This document shows positions 62,432 through 64,000 of a stretch of 64,000 bases of DNA, piece by piece. Numbering within the stretch: position 1 is the first letter of the stretch; every line of letters starts with the position of its first letter. Made by a program: the position numbers and the translations under genes. Below the pieces are notes generated by a model. It had not been told where the DNA came from. It saw nothing but the letters and a program-made list of their open reading frames with translations, and did no database searches. The stretch is from Candidatus Dadabacteria bacterium (GTDB taxonomy: Bacteria > Desulfobacterota_D > UBA1144 > Nemesobacterales > CSP1-2). Where the stretch lies: NCBI GenBank assembly GCA_963805855.1, contig CAWDVW010000006.1, positions 260,876 through 324,875 on the forward strand, read 5' to 3'.

Positions 62432-64000
62432 TTATTGCGATGGCTGTGTCGTTCCTTCGGCGGCGAAAAACTCCTCCAGTCTTTTAAACCACTCCTCCCT
62501 TTCTTCCTGATTTGTAAAGAAATCGAACTTTCCCGAAGCGCGTTGTACGTTCATTAAATCGATTAAGAAATCGTATACAGCCGTCGCGGCATTGAGGTCT
62601 GCAGATAGCGAGGCGCTTTGCGCGTCAAGGAGATCAAGGATTGAAACAACTCCCCTGGAATACGAGTCTCTTACCAAATCCAGGTTTTTTCGGGCAGCTT
62701 CGGCCGCGTCTCGTGCAAAGCGGATGCTCGGAAACGAAGCTCCTGTGTTGTTTAGTGCCGAACGTATGTTTTCTTCAACCTTCTCTGACGTCGAGTCACG
62801 CTCAAATCTAAGCTGCGATTTCGTCTCTCTGGCTTGTTTATAATCTGCGATTTTAGCTCCACCCCGGAAGAGAGGAAACCTGGCCTGAAGCAATATAGTC
62901 CATTCTGTATCATCTACACTCTCCAGTTGTAGGGGGAAGTCCGGAGGTATAGTCACATCGGAACCTGCTCCGCCTGTAGCAAACCGCTGTGTTATTTCTC
63001 CCACGAATGAAAAGGTCGGGAGCCAGAAGGCTCGTTTTGTCGATTTTAGTATTCGATCTTGAGCGGCTATCTGAGAGTCAAGGTTCTGAATCTCGGGAGA
63101 CTGATTTAGCCCTAAATTAACCATGAAGTCAATGAAAGTGCGATAGCTTCCCGGATTATCAATGTAGGGATAGAGCTTTGGGTCGCTTACTATTAGAGAA
63201 GGGTCATCCACCCCAACTTCTAAGGTTTCAAAATTTTCGCCCTGAGGGCGGTTGAGCAACCGATTTACAAGGATTTTCGCGTTTTGGGTTTGGGCTACAG
63301 CATCGACAACGTCAATACGGTCAAGAGATATTTGGCTCTCCCAGCGAAAAACCTCTGAGGGGCTCGCAACGCCTATGTCTCGCCTATTTGTTGCAATTTC
63401 AAGATTGGATTTTGAAAGATTAAGATTTTCCTTTCTTATTTTTTCAAATGTCTTTGCCCTGAGCACGTTTAAGTAGGCAATCGACGTAGCCGCTATTATG
63501 TCAAGCCTTATCTGATCACTGCTCAATTCACGAGCCCTTTGAAGATATTTTTGGACGCTTACATTTGCCCAGGTTGGCTCATCGAAAATCAGTTGACTTA
63601 CACCGGCGGACCCACTTAGCGAGCGTTCCGGAAAGGTCCCAAAACTTGCCTTCGCCCTGTCTTTATCAATATAAGTATTGTCGAGCGATATATCTGCTTG
63701 AGGAAGCAATTGTGCTATAGCTAACCATATGTTCTGTGCGCCAGCTGCAACAAATCTATCTATTGCCAAGAGATCGAGATTCACTTTAACGGATTCATCG
63801 ACAGCCTGCTCCAATGTCAACTTCCTCTCCGTTACCTCTGGTTCTTCGTGAATGAGGTCAGCTTCTGTCAGAACATCCCATTTTGGTGAGAATCCGATAG
63901 CACGAGCAGTGGCCATATTGATAGTAAGCTTCTCCTGAACAGGAAATTCCACAGGCAGAGATCCTGCGTTTTCGCCAAGTAGAATGCTTAGTACCGTTAA
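62432..64000 (-). CDS. TolC-family outer-membrane factor, apparently fused to an upstream ABC substrate-binding domain; 5' end outside the window
   Basis: Frame open to base 64000 (LTVLSILLGENAGSLPVEFP...LTINMATARAIG); TolC repeats LTLEQAV, AYLNVL, YSRGVVSILDLLDAQ. Confidence 0.88.
   Translation of the reverse strand, partial: LTVLSILLGENAGSLPVEFPVQEKLTINMATARAIGFSPKWDVLTEADLIHEEPEVTERKLTLEQAVDESVKVNLDLLAIDRFVAAGAQNIWLAIAQLLPQADISLDNTYIDKDRAKASFGTFPERSLSGSAGVSQLIFDEPTWANVSVQKYLQRARELSSDQIRLDIIAATSIAYLNVLRAKTFEKIRKENLNLSKSNLEIATNRRDIGVASPSEVFRWESQISLDRIDVVDAVAQTQNAKILVNRLLNRPQGENFETLEVGVDDPSLIVSDPKLYPYIDNPGSYRTFIDFMVNLGLNQSPEIQNLDSQIAAQDRILKSTKRAFWLPTFSFVGEITQRFATGGAGSDVTIPPDFPLQLESVDDTEWTILLQARFPLFRGGAKIADYKQARETKSQLRFERDSTSEKVEENIRSALNNTGASFPSIRFARDAAEAARKNLDLVRDSYSRGVVSILDLLDAQSASLSADLNAATAVYDFLIDLMNVQRASGKFDFFTNQEEREEWFKRLEEFFAAEGTTQPSQ

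Noticed and set aside
57863-63476. Antisense ORFs within the RND operon, and similar ones across the window
   Set aside because: Shadow ORFs of well-supported genes on the opposite strand

Overview
Bacterial chromosomal window, about 40% GC by eye. The housekeeping genes look like Desulfobacterota/Ca. Dadabacteria, but that is inference only. There are three blocks. (1) 1-23 kb is a minus-strand surface-polysaccharide locus: rmlACBD-type dTDP-sugar genes, two wzm copies, wzt with a C-terminal extension, wecE/rffA, GT2/GT4/GT-C transferases, a sulfotransferase-coiled-coil-GT4 fusion with a 42-bp tandem repeat, and a Tat-exported sulfatase. It lies downstream of a sigma70 promoter and a c-di-GMP-I riboswitch. 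(2) 24-36 kb, next to tRNA-fMet, is an unexplained small-molecule biosynthesis-like cluster: nitroreductase, DRE-TIM synthase, B12 radical SAM, two PaaK/F390-type ligases, two methyltransferases, an amino-acid dehydrogenase, and a convergent PLP-fold gene whose catalytic Lys appears replaced by His. (3) 36-64 kb is mostly housekeeping (ispA, tlyA, transaldolase, rpsT, holA, lipB, ndk, proA, sigma70, recN, nfo) plus an NDH-2/cNMP/CBS fusion and an RND pump whose TolC appears fused to a substrate-binding domain. Small genes (GxxExxY, DUF559, a four-helix-bundle relic) are each enclosed by their own family of inverted repeats, and several REP-like palindrome families occur between genes. Six single-base frameshifts cluster at 19-36 kb and may be sequencing errors. 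All calls come from reading the sequence; no searches were run.
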